This document shows positions 9,187-17,750 of a stretch of DNA of 64,000 nucleotides, in pieces; within the stretch, counting starts at the first letter, position 1; each line of letters starts with the position of its first letter. The position numbers and the translations under genes are program-made. The notes under the pieces were generated by a model. That model ran no database searches, was not told the DNA's origin, and saw only the letters and a list, made by a program, of their open reading frames with translations. Source of the DNA: Candidatus Anderseniibacteriota bacterium (GTDB taxonomy: Bacteria > Patescibacteriota > JAUYIX01); the NCBI GenBank assembly GCA_046350905.1, contig JAXLZN010000003.1, positions 1,673 through 65,672 on the forward strand, read 5' to 3'.

Positions 9187-10275
9187 TTAGCGCGATTCGC
9201 GGTCGAGCTTAAAGGTTCGCGACGCGACGACAAAGAGCACCACGACCCAGGCGCCCAAGATTGCCAGGCGGTCGAGGTGGTGCCAGGGCGTGTCGCCGTC
9301 GACGGTGATGTTGCGCAGGACGTCGACGAGCGGGGTGAGCGGTAGGTACTTGACCACGTGCTGCACGACGTTCGGCAAGGTGTCGGTGGCAAAAAAGACA
9401 CCCGACAAAAAGAGCAGCGGCATGGTGATCACGTTGGACAAGCCCTCGGCCGCTGAGGAGGTCTTGACCAGGCCAGCGATGGTAAAGCCGATCTGCAGAA
9501 AAATGATGTTGCCGATTGCCGCGAGCAGGTAGACGTACCAGAGGCTGCCGTAGACCTGCACGTTGAAGGCGAGCTTGGCGGTCACGAGCACGAGCGAAGT
9601 TTGCACCAGCGCCAGCACCAGCCGGGACGAGATCTCTGCGACCAAGAAGCTACGCACCTTGAGCGGCGTGGCCAGGATGCGCTTGAGTACCTGCTGCTCG
9701 CGGTAGCGTGAGACGCCCACGGCCGTACCGATGATGGCTGAGAACATGATGGCCTGCCCGATGATGCCCGGCAGCAAAAAGTCTACGTAGCGAACGTTCT
9801 TGCTCGAGACGGGCGTGTCGTGGATCTCGAGCGCGGGAGCCGCCTTGAGCAAGCCGAGCGTAGTCTTGTCCGCGAAGGTGTTGAGCGTGCCTTTGACGAT
9901 CTGGTTGGCCTGCACGTTGGTTGGATCAGAGAAGAGCGTCAGCTGCTGCGGCTTCTTGGCGGGCAGGGCAAAACCTGCCGGCACGACCAGTACAAAGTCG
10001 ATGTCGCCCTTGGCGAGCTGGGCTTTGGCGGAGACAACGTCGTCGGCGTGCTGCAGTTCGAGCAGCTCGATGTGGCTGAGCTGGTCAGCGATCTGCTGTG
10101 AGGCCGGCGTTTTGGCCTGGTCGATCAGCGCAATCTTGGAGGGCGAAACCTTGTCGAGGTTGAAGAGCCCAAAGACCACGATGAAGATGATCGGAAACAC
10201 CAGCGCCCAAAAGAGGGTCTGCTTGTTGCGGAACATCATCTTGAGGTTGGCGACGAGGAGCTGGAGCGTGGGCAT
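9187..10275 (-). CDS. ABC-2 type transporter permease (large extracytoplasmic loop)
   Basis: 362 aa, N-terminal TM, long loop, then five C-terminal TMs. Downstream of the ABC ATPase. Confidence 0.8.
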   Translation of the reverse strand: MPTLQLLVANLKMMFRNKQTLFWALVFPIIFIVVFGLFNLDKVSPSKIALIDQAKTPASQQIADQLSHIELLELQHADDVVSAKAQLAKGDIDFVLVVPAGFALPAKKPQQLTLFSDPTNVQANQIVKGTLNTFADKTTLGLLKAAPALEIHDTPVSSKNVRYVDFLLPGIIGQAIMFSAIIGTAVGVSRYREQQVLKRILATPLKVRSFLVAEISSRLVLALVQTSLVLVTAKLAFNVQVYGSLWYVYLLAAIGNIIFLQIGFTIAGLVKTSSAAEGLSNVITMPLLFLSGVFFATDTLPNVVQHVVKYLPLTPLVDVLRNITVDGDTPWHHLDRLAILGAWVVVLFVVASRTFKLDRESR

Positions 10276-10287
10276 GGTGGTCAGACG

Positions 10288-11220
10288 TTAGTCACGTAGC
10301 TCGTGGCCGGTCTTGGCCAAGAAGACGTCCTCGAGCGTGGCGGGGTTGACCTGGAGGTCCTCGACGTTGAGCTGCGCCTGCCTGGCCCAGGTAAACAGTT
10401 GCGGCAGCAAGGTAGCGGGCTGGCCGACCACGAGCTTGTAGGTCTCCGCGTTGAGCTGCTCCCCGGCGCGAACCGTCGGCAGCTTTTTGAGCTCCTCGAG
10501 CTTGCTCGGCCCGCGCAGTACAAAGGTGACGGTGCAGGCACGGTCGAGGCTGGCGATCAGCTCGCGCGGGGTGCCCATCGAGACGATCTTGCCGTGGTCG
10601 ATGATCGCGAGCCGGTCAGCCAGCAGCTCAGCCTCCTCCATGTAGTGCGTGGTGAGCACGACGGTTCGATCGGAAGCCTTGAGGCGCAGGATAAAATCCC
10701 AGAGGTTGCGACGGGCCTGCGGGTCGAGGCCGGTGGTCGGCTCGTCCAAAAAGACCACCTCAGGATCGTTGACCAGGCTGGCCGCGATCGAAAAGCGCTG
10801 GCGCTGCCCACCCGAGAGCTGGCCTACGCGGGCCTTGGCCTTGTCGGTCAGGTTGACCTCTTTGAGGAGGTCGGCCGGGGCGCGTTTCTTTTTGTAGAAC
10901 GAACCGAACAGGTCGAGCAGCTCGGTCAGGGTCAGCTCGTCGTAGTAGGCCGCAGCCTGGAGCTGCACGCCGATGCGCTCCTTGACCGCGTCGCGCTGCT
11001 TGCTCGGGTCAAGGCCGAGTACGTCGACGGTGCCGGAGGTGCGCTTCTTGAGGCTCTCGATGATCTCGAGCGTGGTGGTCTTGCCGGCACCGTTGGGGCC
11101 GAGCAGGCCAAAGACTTCGCCCCGGCGCACGCTAAAGCTGATCCCGTCGACCGCCCGCAGCGAGCCGTACGTTTTGACGAGCTTGTCGACCGTGATGACC
11201 GCGCCGCCGTTGCTGCTCAT
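10288..11220 (-). CDS. ABC transporter ATP-binding protein
   Basis: Walker A GPNGAGKTT, signature LSGGQRQR, Walker B VFLDEPTTGLD. Confidence 0.9.
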   Translation of the reverse strand: MSSNGGAVITVDKLVKTYGSLRAVDGISFSVRRGEVFGLLGPNGAGKTTTLEIIESLKKRTSGTVDVLGLDPSKQRDAVKERIGVQLQAAAYYDELTLTELLDLFGSFYKKKRAPADLLKEVNLTDKAKARVGQLSGGQRQRFSIAASLVNDPEVVFLDEPTTGLDPQARRNLWDFILRLKASDRTVVLTTHYMEEAELLADRLAIIDHGKIVSMGTPRELIASLDRACTVTFVLRGPSKLEELKKLPTVRAGEQLNAETYKLVVGQPATLLPQLFTWARQAQLNVEDLQVNPATLEDVFLAKTGHELRD

Positions 11221-11274
11221 GGATCCAAGACGCTAGCAAGCGCGTCCTAACCAGGCAACCGACCGGATCACTGC

Positions 11275-11349
11275 TGGTTGGGGAGGAAGGATTCGAACCT
11301 TCGTATGGCGGCTCCAAAGGCCGCTGCCTTACCGCTTGGCTACTCCCCA
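11275..11349 (-). tRNA. tRNA-Gln (anticodon UUG), CCA encoded
   Basis: Minus-strand read: TGGGGAGTAGCCAAGCGGTAAGGCAGCGGCCTTTGGAGCCGCCATACGAAGGTTCGAATCCTTCCTCCCCAACCA. Acceptor stem TGGGGAG/CTCCCCA. Anticodon stem GCGGC/GCCGC with loop CTTTGGA. T arm GAAGG-TTCGAAT-CCTTC. Confidence 0.85.
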
Positions 11350-11372
11350 GCGTTCCAGGCGAACGTGCGAAC

Positions 11373-13022
11373 CTACTCTACGACTTGCCCACCTAGCAAG
11401 TCTACGGCGAGCTGCGCGAGAGGAGAACCTTCCTCAGCCTTTGCCTCGACCGGCTTGGCGAGTGCTGCCTCGTACGTGCTGCGCTCAGCGGGAGTGAGTT
11501 CGCTCGGGAGCTTGCACTCGATCAGGACCTTGCGGCCGACGACACGCTCGAGGTGCCGCTCAACCAGGTGGCGGTTGCGGCGCTCCATGAGCCGCTCACG
11601 GTAGAAGGCAAACTTGACCACGACCGTGGCGCGCTGGCCGGGGCGACGCAGGACGACGCTGCTCTTGAGCAGGCCCGCCACGCCCACGTTGTCGGCGCGA
11701 ACCATCGCCACGGCATCGCCCCAGCGGTTGAGCAGCTTTTCGACGCTGTCTTGGTCGAGCTCGAGCGAATCGGAGTTGAGGGTCGGGGTTTTAGCTGCTG
11801 CGACCGGTGCGGACTTAGAGATTTTGGCTGGGGCCGGAGCGGCGACGGTAGTGGCTGCGACAGTGGCGGCAGCGGTTGGAGCAGGCGGTTCGCGTTGAGC
11901 AGGAGCGGGCGCACGCGACTCCGGCACCAGCGAGACCGTGACGACCTCGAGCGGCAGGAGCGGCGATGGGCTAGTACGTACCTCGTTGGCGGCTTGGGAG
12001 AGCAGCGTCGCCGCGCGTAGCACGGTGCGACGCGGCAAGGTGCCAGCTAGCTCAACCACACGCTGTCGCTGCTCCGCCGTGAGGTGCGAACCAGCGTCAT
12101 CCAGCAGCGCCGCATCGACCTGCACGAGCAGCACGAGCCGCACGTGCCGCACCAGTGCACGCGCCAGAGCGTGGGGTTCGCTCCCCTGCTCTACGGCGGT
12201 ACGGAGTTCGCGGAGGGCAGCGGCGGCATTTTCAGCAGCCACAGCAGCGAGCCAGGCCTCGATGCGCGCGAGGTCGGGCAAGGCCAGCGTCTCGCGCACG
12301 AGCTCAGCGGTCAGTGGTCGACCCGCGGCTGCAGCAGCGAGCAGGTCGAGCGCCGAGAGCGCATCACGAGCGCCACCTTCTGCCTGCACCGCAATGAGCT
12401 CGAGCGCACCGGGCTCGGCCTCGAGCCCCTCGGCCTTGGCAACCTTGGCCAGCGTCGCGGTCAGGTCCGCACTACCGAGCGCCTTGAACGCAAAGTGCTG
12501 CGCGCGCGAGAGGACCGTGGCCGGGATCGCGTGCACCTCGGTCGTGGCCAAGATAAAGACGGCGTGCTCGGGCGGCTCCTCGAGCGTCTTGAGGAGTGCG
12601 TTGAAGGCCTCCTTGGTGAGCATGTGGAACTCGTCGACCAAAAAAACTTTCTTGCGGCCACGGCTCGGGGCAAAGCGTACCGCCTCACGTAGCTGGCGTA
12701 CCTCGTCGATGCCACGGTTGCTCGCCGCGTCGATCTCGAGCAGGTCGAGCTCGGTGCCGGCCAGCGCGCGGGTGCAGGCCCCGCAGGTGTTGCAGGGTTC
12801 GCCGCTGGTGAGGGCACCGTCCTTGAGCTGCTCGCAGTTGAGGGAGCGGGCCAAGAGCCGCGCCACCGTCGTCTTGCCCGTCCCGCGCGGTCCAGAAAAA
12901 ACGTAGGCGTGCGAAACGTGGCTGGTCTTGAGAGCCTGCTGCAGGGTGGCAGTCACGCGTTCCTGGCCGACTACGTCGGCAAAGCGCTTGGGACGGTAGC
13001 GGCGGTAGAGCGCTTCAGGCAT
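11373..13022 (-). CDS. dnaX: DNA polymerase III subunit gamma/tau
   Basis: GPRGTGKTT, zinc module CNTCGAC, FLVDEFHML, SRAQHF sensor motif. Confidence 0.9.
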   Translation of the reverse strand: MPEALYRRYRPKRFADVVGQERVTATLQQALKTSHVSHAYVFSGPRGTGKTTVARLLARSLNCEQLKDGALTSGEPCNTCGACTRALAGTELDLLEIDAASNRGIDEVRQLREAVRFAPSRGRKKVFLVDEFHMLTKEAFNALLKTLEEPPEHAVFILATTEVHAIPATVLSRAQHFAFKALGSADLTATLAKVAKAEGLEAEPGALELIAVQAEGGARDALSALDLLAAAAAGRPLTAELVRETLALPDLARIEAWLAAVAAENAAAALRELRTAVEQGSEPHALARALVRHVRLVLLVQVDAALLDDAGSHLTAEQRQRVVELAGTLPRRTVLRAATLLSQAANEVRTSPSPLLPLEVVTVSLVPESRAPAPAQREPPAPTAAATVAATTVAAPAPAKISKSAPVAAAKTPTLNSDSLELDQDSVEKLLNRWGDAVAMVRADNVGVAGLLKSSVVLRRPGQRATVVVKFAFYRERLMERRNRHLVERHLERVVGRKVLIECKLPSELTPAERSTYEAALAKPVEAKAEEGSPLAQLAVDLLGGQVVE

Positions 13023-13037
13023 TGCCTGCCCAGGCTA

Positions 13038-13700
13038 CTACTCTCCGTCGGTCGTTGCTACCGGGATGCTCTTGTCGTCGGCTTTGTCGTAGCTGGAGGT
13101 GTCTGGTTCGGCCACGTCGCCGCGAACCCGGGCGAGCGACCGGCGCACCACCTCGGGCAGCTCGCGCTCGTCCGTGGTCTTGATGATGTTCTCGATGGCG
13201 CCCCAGGTGGCCTCGCCGCTGGCTGGCACCACGAGCGTGCACTCGTCACCCTGCACGCCCTTGAAGTACGTGACCGAGGCGAGCAGGACCTTGTACTCGC
13301 GACCTTCGACCTCGACGTAGTACTCGCCGCGCGTGTTCTTGGCGAGCTCGCCACGCACGTGCTTGCGTTCGACCGGGCCGATCTGCTTGTAGATGAAGCT
13401 GCCGTCGTCGACCACGGTGAGCTTGAGCGTGTCGCCCTCGACCAGCTTGGACTTGGAGGCGTAGTTGGCGGGAACGGGGTAGATCTTTTTGTCGGCCCCG
13501 ATCATGGAGGCGCCGTCAAAGACACCCTCGACCACGTTGGTGGCCTCGCGACCCTCGAGCGAAAAGCTGCGGCGCGGGCGTTCGAGCCCGGTGTCTGACA
13601 CGTCACCAACCGACTCGAGGAGCCGGCGTGCGGTCGCAACCTTCTCTTCTGCGTCTCGCAGGAGCTGGTACGCGGTCGTGAGTTTTTGGTCGGAGGCCAT
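13038..13700 (-). CDS. Hypothetical protein (220 aa), N-terminal helix plus beta-rich repeats
   Basis: Intact ORF with purine-rich leader AAAGGAAAGGAAAA upstream of the ATG. Motif GVFDG..MIG.D.K.YPVP.NYASKSKLVEGD. No family recognised with confidence. Confidence 0.6.
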   Translation of the reverse strand: MASDQKLTTAYQLLRDAEEKVATARRLLESVGDVSDTGLERPRRSFSLEGREATNVVEGVFDGASMIGADKKIYPVPANYASKSKLVEGDTLKLTVVDDGSFIYKQIGPVERKHVRGELAKNTRGEYYVEVEGREYKVLLASVTYFKGVQGDECTLVVPASGEATWGAIENIIKTTDERELPEVVRRSLARVRGDVAEPDTSSYDKADDKSIPVATTDGE

Positions 13701-13799
13701 GTGTCTTAGTTTTCCTTTCCTTTAGTCGAACGTGGTCAGGAGTGTACCACGGGTGTGCACGTACAAACGTTCCACAGCTACTCCACGGACTTTTTGCGG

Positions 13800-16232
13800 C
13801 TAACTGACCTGCCCGCGCGACTCGATCTCGCGTTCGACCACGCCGCGGTCACGGCCGTACTTGAGGCGCGAGAGCTGCTTGAGCGCATCAGCCACCTTGG
13901 GCCGGACTTTTTCTGGGTGCGAGATCTCCCAGGGTGGGGGCACGCTCAGCGAAAACGCCGGCAGCGGCGTCTTCTGTGTGGTGGCCTTGATGTACATCTG
14001 CGCAAAGCTCAGGTTGACGATGTCGTTGGCGTTGAAGGTCGGCTCGAACTCTTTTTCTAGAATCTCAGCGTCGGCCGGACCAACGCGGTATGACGAGATC
14101 GCCCCCACGTTACCGAAGATCGCATCGCGGATCTCCTCCTCCACCTGCGTAATGAACTGGTGCGCCAGGTGCAGGTTGAGCCGGTACTTGCGCGCCTCGC
14201 TCAAGATTGTGGGAATCGAGTCGGTCGTAAAGTTCTGGAACTCGTCGATGTAGAGGTAGAAGTCCTTGCGAGCCGACTCCGCCGTGTTGACCCGCGAGAG
14301 CGCGGCCATCTGAATCTTGCTCACCAGGATCATGCCGATCAGGTTGCTGTTGATGTCCCCCATCTCGCCCTTGCTCAGGTTGGCCAAAAAGATCTTGCCC
14401 TCGTCCATGATCGACCGGAAGTTAAAGGCGCTCTTGGTCTGGCCGATGATGTTGCGCATCATGCGGTTCTCGACAAAGCGGCCGACCTTGCTGATTAGGT
14501 AGCCGAGCATTTCTGACTTGTGAAAGTCGCTCGTCTTGGCCATCTCGTTTTCCCAGAAGCTCCGCACGACTGGGTCCGTAACCTTGGCGGCCTTGTAGCG
14601 CTGGTACTTCTCATCCGAGAACATGCGGGGGATTTCAGCGATCGTCCCGGGGTTTTCCTTGTCCTCCATCAACGTGAGCATGACGTTGCGCATGTTGTGC
14701 TCGAACATCGGGCCGATCACCTCAGGCGGAAAGAGCTTGTAGAAGATTGCGATCATCTCCCCCACCACAAAGTCCTTGAGCTCTTCCGTCTCAAACTCCA
14801 GCATGTTGAGCCCCATCGGCCGCTCTACATCGCCGGGGCGGAACACGACCACGTCGTCGATGCGGTGCTTGGGGATCGACGCCAAGATCTGCTCGATCGC
14901 GTCGCCGTGCGGGTCGAGGTACGCGACTCCCTCGCCAGCCTCGATATCGTCACGAATCATGTTGAGCAGCAAGGTCGTCTTGCCGGTGCCGGTCTTGCCG
15001 ACGTTGTAGAAGTGGCGCCGGCGATCTTCTCGCGGGAGGTAGAAGGGCCGCTTGACCCCGCGGTGCACGTTGAAGCCGATCAGTCGACCCTCGGTCGGGA
15101 GCTGCGCTGGCGCGGGAGCGGTTCGCGCCCCGAGCCAGACGATGTTGGGGGTCTCGACGTAGCGAGAGTCCGGAAAGTGCACCATGCTCCCGAGCTCTTC
15201 GGACGACATGAGCACCGCGCGCGCCGGCGTAAAGGTGCGGAACGACACGGCCGAGAGCAGCGCCGCCTGGTCCGCCGCACCTCCGGCACGACCGGCACGA
15301 GCGTTGAGGTTAGGGTAGCTGAACTGCTCAAAGGCCGCGGTCAGGTTGCGCACCATGACCTTGGCCTGCTCAGGCTGCGGGGCGCTCGCTGCCACCCGCA
15401 CGTTGACCTCAAAGCTGACCTTGCTGGCCTTGGACTCGATCGACTTGACCGCCTCCTCAACCAGCGGGGTCTGCTGCTTCTGCTGCTCCTTAGGTGCGCC
15501 TGGAGACTTGGTCGCCATGATGTCCCGGAACCCCGCGGCGAACTTCTTGCCGCCGAGCGAGGCCTTGCCCTCCTGCAGGGACTTGGCCAGCTCGTCGCCC
15601 TTCTTCTGGACCCCCGGCTTGGCAGCGCGGTAGCAGACCTGCACGATCGCAGCTTCGTCGCGCCCGACCTTGGCGACCGTGTTGGTCAGGACGTTGAGCG
15701 GGTCGGTCTCAATCTGCTGGTAGGTGCGCAGCGGGTACTCGGCCCCTTTGCGGAACTTGAACGTACCGGCCCAAGCGTGGCCGACCTTGGGCAGGTAGAT
15801 GTTGTACTCCTCGGCGGGTTCGACCGTGGCTTGCGGGTAGACCGCGTGCAGCTGCTTTTCTACGAGGTCAGCAATCGAGCCGGGCACGGCCAGGTAAAAG
15901 CGCACCTCGCCGTGCAGCGCTGCGATCTCAAAGGTCAGGTGGTCGACGTCGCGGAGCGCCTTGGTTCGCTCCCGCTCGATGGCGTAGAGGCTAGCGTAGA
16001 ACTGCTCCACCACCGAAATGACCTCGCGCAGGTGCTGCTGCGAGTTTTGGGTCTTCTCTTGCTCGCGCGCTCCCACCTTGGGCAGCGTCACCGAGAGCAG
16101 CTTGATCTGGAGCGCGCGCTGGTAGCGCCGCCGCTCCGAGACGTAGTCGAGCACGAGCAGCGTCAGCGTGACGGCAAAGGCCCCGCCTGCTACGAGCGTC
16201 GCAACAAAGATGAGCGAAGAGACCAGCGGCAC
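13800..16232 (-). CDS. VirD4/TraD/TraG-like type IV secretion coupling-protein-family ATPase with N-terminal membrane anchor
   Basis: 810 aa. N-terminal TM. Walker A GKTGTGKTT. Walker B-like FYLYIDEFQNF. C-terminal SEARKYRLNLHLAHQ motif typical of TraD/VirD4-type AAA+ proteins. A paralog sits at the right window edge. Confidence 0.8.
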   Translation of the reverse strand: MPLVSSLIFVATLVAGGAFAVTLTLLVLDYVSERRRYQRALQIKLLSVTLPKVGAREQEKTQNSQQHLREVISVVEQFYASLYAIERERTKALRDVDHLTFEIAALHGEVRFYLAVPGSIADLVEKQLHAVYPQATVEPAEEYNIYLPKVGHAWAGTFKFRKGAEYPLRTYQQIETDPLNVLTNTVAKVGRDEAAIVQVCYRAAKPGVQKKGDELAKSLQEGKASLGGKKFAAGFRDIMATKSPGAPKEQQKQQTPLVEEAVKSIESKASKVSFEVNVRVAASAPQPEQAKVMVRNLTAAFEQFSYPNLNARAGRAGGAADQAALLSAVSFRTFTPARAVLMSSEELGSMVHFPDSRYVETPNIVWLGARTAPAPAQLPTEGRLIGFNVHRGVKRPFYLPREDRRRHFYNVGKTGTGKTTLLLNMIRDDIEAGEGVAYLDPHGDAIEQILASIPKHRIDDVVVFRPGDVERPMGLNMLEFETEELKDFVVGEMIAIFYKLFPPEVIGPMFEHNMRNVMLTLMEDKENPGTIAEIPRMFSDEKYQRYKAAKVTDPVVRSFWENEMAKTSDFHKSEMLGYLISKVGRFVENRMMRNIIGQTKSAFNFRSIMDEGKIFLANLSKGEMGDINSNLIGMILVSKIQMAALSRVNTAESARKDFYLYIDEFQNFTTDSIPTILSEARKYRLNLHLAHQFITQVEEEIRDAIFGNVGAISSYRVGPADAEILEKEFEPTFNANDIVNLSFAQMYIKATTQKTPLPAFSLSVPPPWEISHPEKVRPKVADALKQLSRLKYGRDRGVVEREIESRGQVS

Positions 16233-16234
16233 GC

Positions 16235-16756
16235 TCAGGTTTCGGTAGCGGCCGAGCTCGGCGCGCCTCCCGCTCCTTTAACCATGCGTTTGTGGAACTC
16301 GTCCAGGATCCAAGCGCCACCCGGGTGCGGCGCAGCTTCCTTTACCAAGCGAACGGCGCGCTCAAAGCCGGCGGCGTTTGCGGTCGCGAGCTGCACCAAC
16401 GCGGCCACCGCTGCCTGCGGGTCTGACCCGAGCAGCGCCGCGGCGCTGACCTGGTTGGCCGCGGCTGCGGCCGCTGCTTCGCTGCTGCCTGGGCCCGGTC
16501 CAGCCGCTGATTCCTTCAGCTGCCGCTGCAGGGCCACGTACTGCTCTTGCTCCTTGTGGTGCTCGAGCAGTTCGCCGCTCTCAGACTGGAGCACGCGTAG
16601 CTGCTCGGCTTGCCCTCCGGCCTTGAGGCCACGCAGCCGCTCGAGCTGCACCTCGAGTTCCCGAATCTTTGCATCTGTCGGAGCCTCGGCTGCTGCCGGA
16701 GTTGACGCAGGGCCGCGTTCGGGGCGTAGCGGTTCGTGTTCGCTCGGTGACGTCAT
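16235..16756 (-). CDS. Hypothetical Ala/Glu-rich coiled-coil protein (173 aa)
   Basis: Intact ORF ending 3 nt before the VirD4-like start. Heptad-like IRELEVQLERLRGLK... Confidence 0.5.
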   Translation of the reverse strand: MTSPSEHEPLRPERGPASTPAAAEAPTDAKIRELEVQLERLRGLKAGGQAEQLRVLQSESGELLEHHKEQEQYVALQRQLKESAAGPGPGSSEAAAAAAANQVSAAALLGSDPQAAVAALVQLATANAAGFERAVRLVKEAAPHPGGAWILDEFHKRMVKGAGGAPSSAATET

Positions 16757-16785
16757 CGTGGCGCTAAGTATGTCACACTAGCGGC

Positions 16786-17724
16786 ATGGCGCGTACTTCC
16801 CAGAGACGTCCCTCGGTCCGCGAGGTCGAACACGAGGGTGTTCGCTGGATCGATGTGGAAGAACCAACCGCAGCAACCGTGCGTAAGGTGCTGGCAGGCC
16901 TCGACGTGCACCCGCTCGACGTCGAGGACATCTTGAGCCCAGCGCAGCGCCCCAAGCTGGAGCGCCGGCACGGCTACCTCTTTGCGGTCGTGCGCTTTGG
17001 ACGGGTCTCGAGCAACCGCCGTATCCGCGCGAGCGAACTCGACGCGGTGCTCTTCGATCGGACCCTCGTGACGTTCCACGGACGCGAGATGCCGCTCGTC
17101 CGCGACGCGCTCTCCGACGCCAACCTGTTTGCCGCCAAACGTCGTGCCCTGCTTGGGCAGGGGCCTGACTACATTCTGTACGAGCTGCTCCGCCGCACCT
17201 TTGAGCACGGCTTTGCCGCGACCGACCAGGTCAGCCGCCAGCTCGACCAGCTCGAGTCGGACATCTACGAACGCCACTCTCGCAAGACCACCTTCGATGT
17301 GGCCGCGGTACGCCGTACCATCACCGACCTCCGCAAGGTCGCCCTGCCGCAGGTCGGTTTTTTGCGTGAGCTCGGCGCCACGGTCGTGAGCGTGGCCGGT
17401 CCCACCACGCAGGCCTACTGGAGGTCGTTGCGGCAGCTGGCGGAGAGCCAGTGGGAGCAGCTCGAGGGGTTCCGCGAAACGATCGAGTCGCTGGCCGACA
17501 CCAACGCCACGCTCGTGAGCAACCGGCTCAACGAAACGTTCCGGCTCCTCACGATCATCTCGGTGATTTTTCTCCCCGCGACCTTTCTGACGCAGCTCTT
17601 TGCGGTGAGCGTGCCCGGCATTCCGTTCCAGGACCTAGAGTTTGGCTTTGCCCTCGTGATCGGCGTGCTCTTGCTCGCCGAGCTCGGGTTCATCTGGGTC
17701 TTGCGCCGCCTCAAGGTGCTCTAG
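16786..17724 (+). CDS. CorA-superfamily divalent cation transporter-like protein, non-canonical signature
   Basis: 312 aa. CorA-like cytoplasmic domain and two C-terminal TMs. FAVSV sits where YGMNF is expected (LTQLFAVSVPGIPF). Confidence 0.7.
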   Translation: MARTSQRRPSVREVEHEGVRWIDVEEPTAATVRKVLAGLDVHPLDVEDILSPAQRPKLERRHGYLFAVVRFGRVSSNRRIRASELDAVLFDRTLVTFHGREMPLVRDALSDANLFAAKRRALLGQGPDYILYELLRRTFEHGFAATDQVSRQLDQLESDIYERHSRKTTFDVAAVRRTITDLRKVALPQVGFLRELGATVVSVAGPTTQAYWRSLRQLAESQWEQLEGFRETIESLADTNATLVSNRLNETFRLLTIISVIFLPATFLTQLFAVSVPGIPFQDLEFGFALVIGVLLLAELGFIWVLRRLKVL

Positions 17725-17750
17725 CGCGCGTGGTCGGGTAGACTGCGCTC

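Noticed and set aside
11373-13022. Programmed ribosomal frameshift in dnaX
   Set aside because: The gene is a single uninterrupted frame. I saw no A-AAA-AAG-type slippery heptamer with a downstream hairpin.
14520-16781. 753-aa plus-strand ORF, the longest plus-strand ORF in the track
   Set aside because: It lies entirely antisense to the VirD4-like gene and the coiled-coil gene. The product is Arg/Gly/Leu/Val/Ala-rich low complexity with no motif. This is a typical shadow ORF of GC-rich DNA.
16753-17277. 174-aa minus-strand ORF overlapping corA-like
   Set aside because: Antisense shadow of a gene with a recognisable fold. No independent signals.
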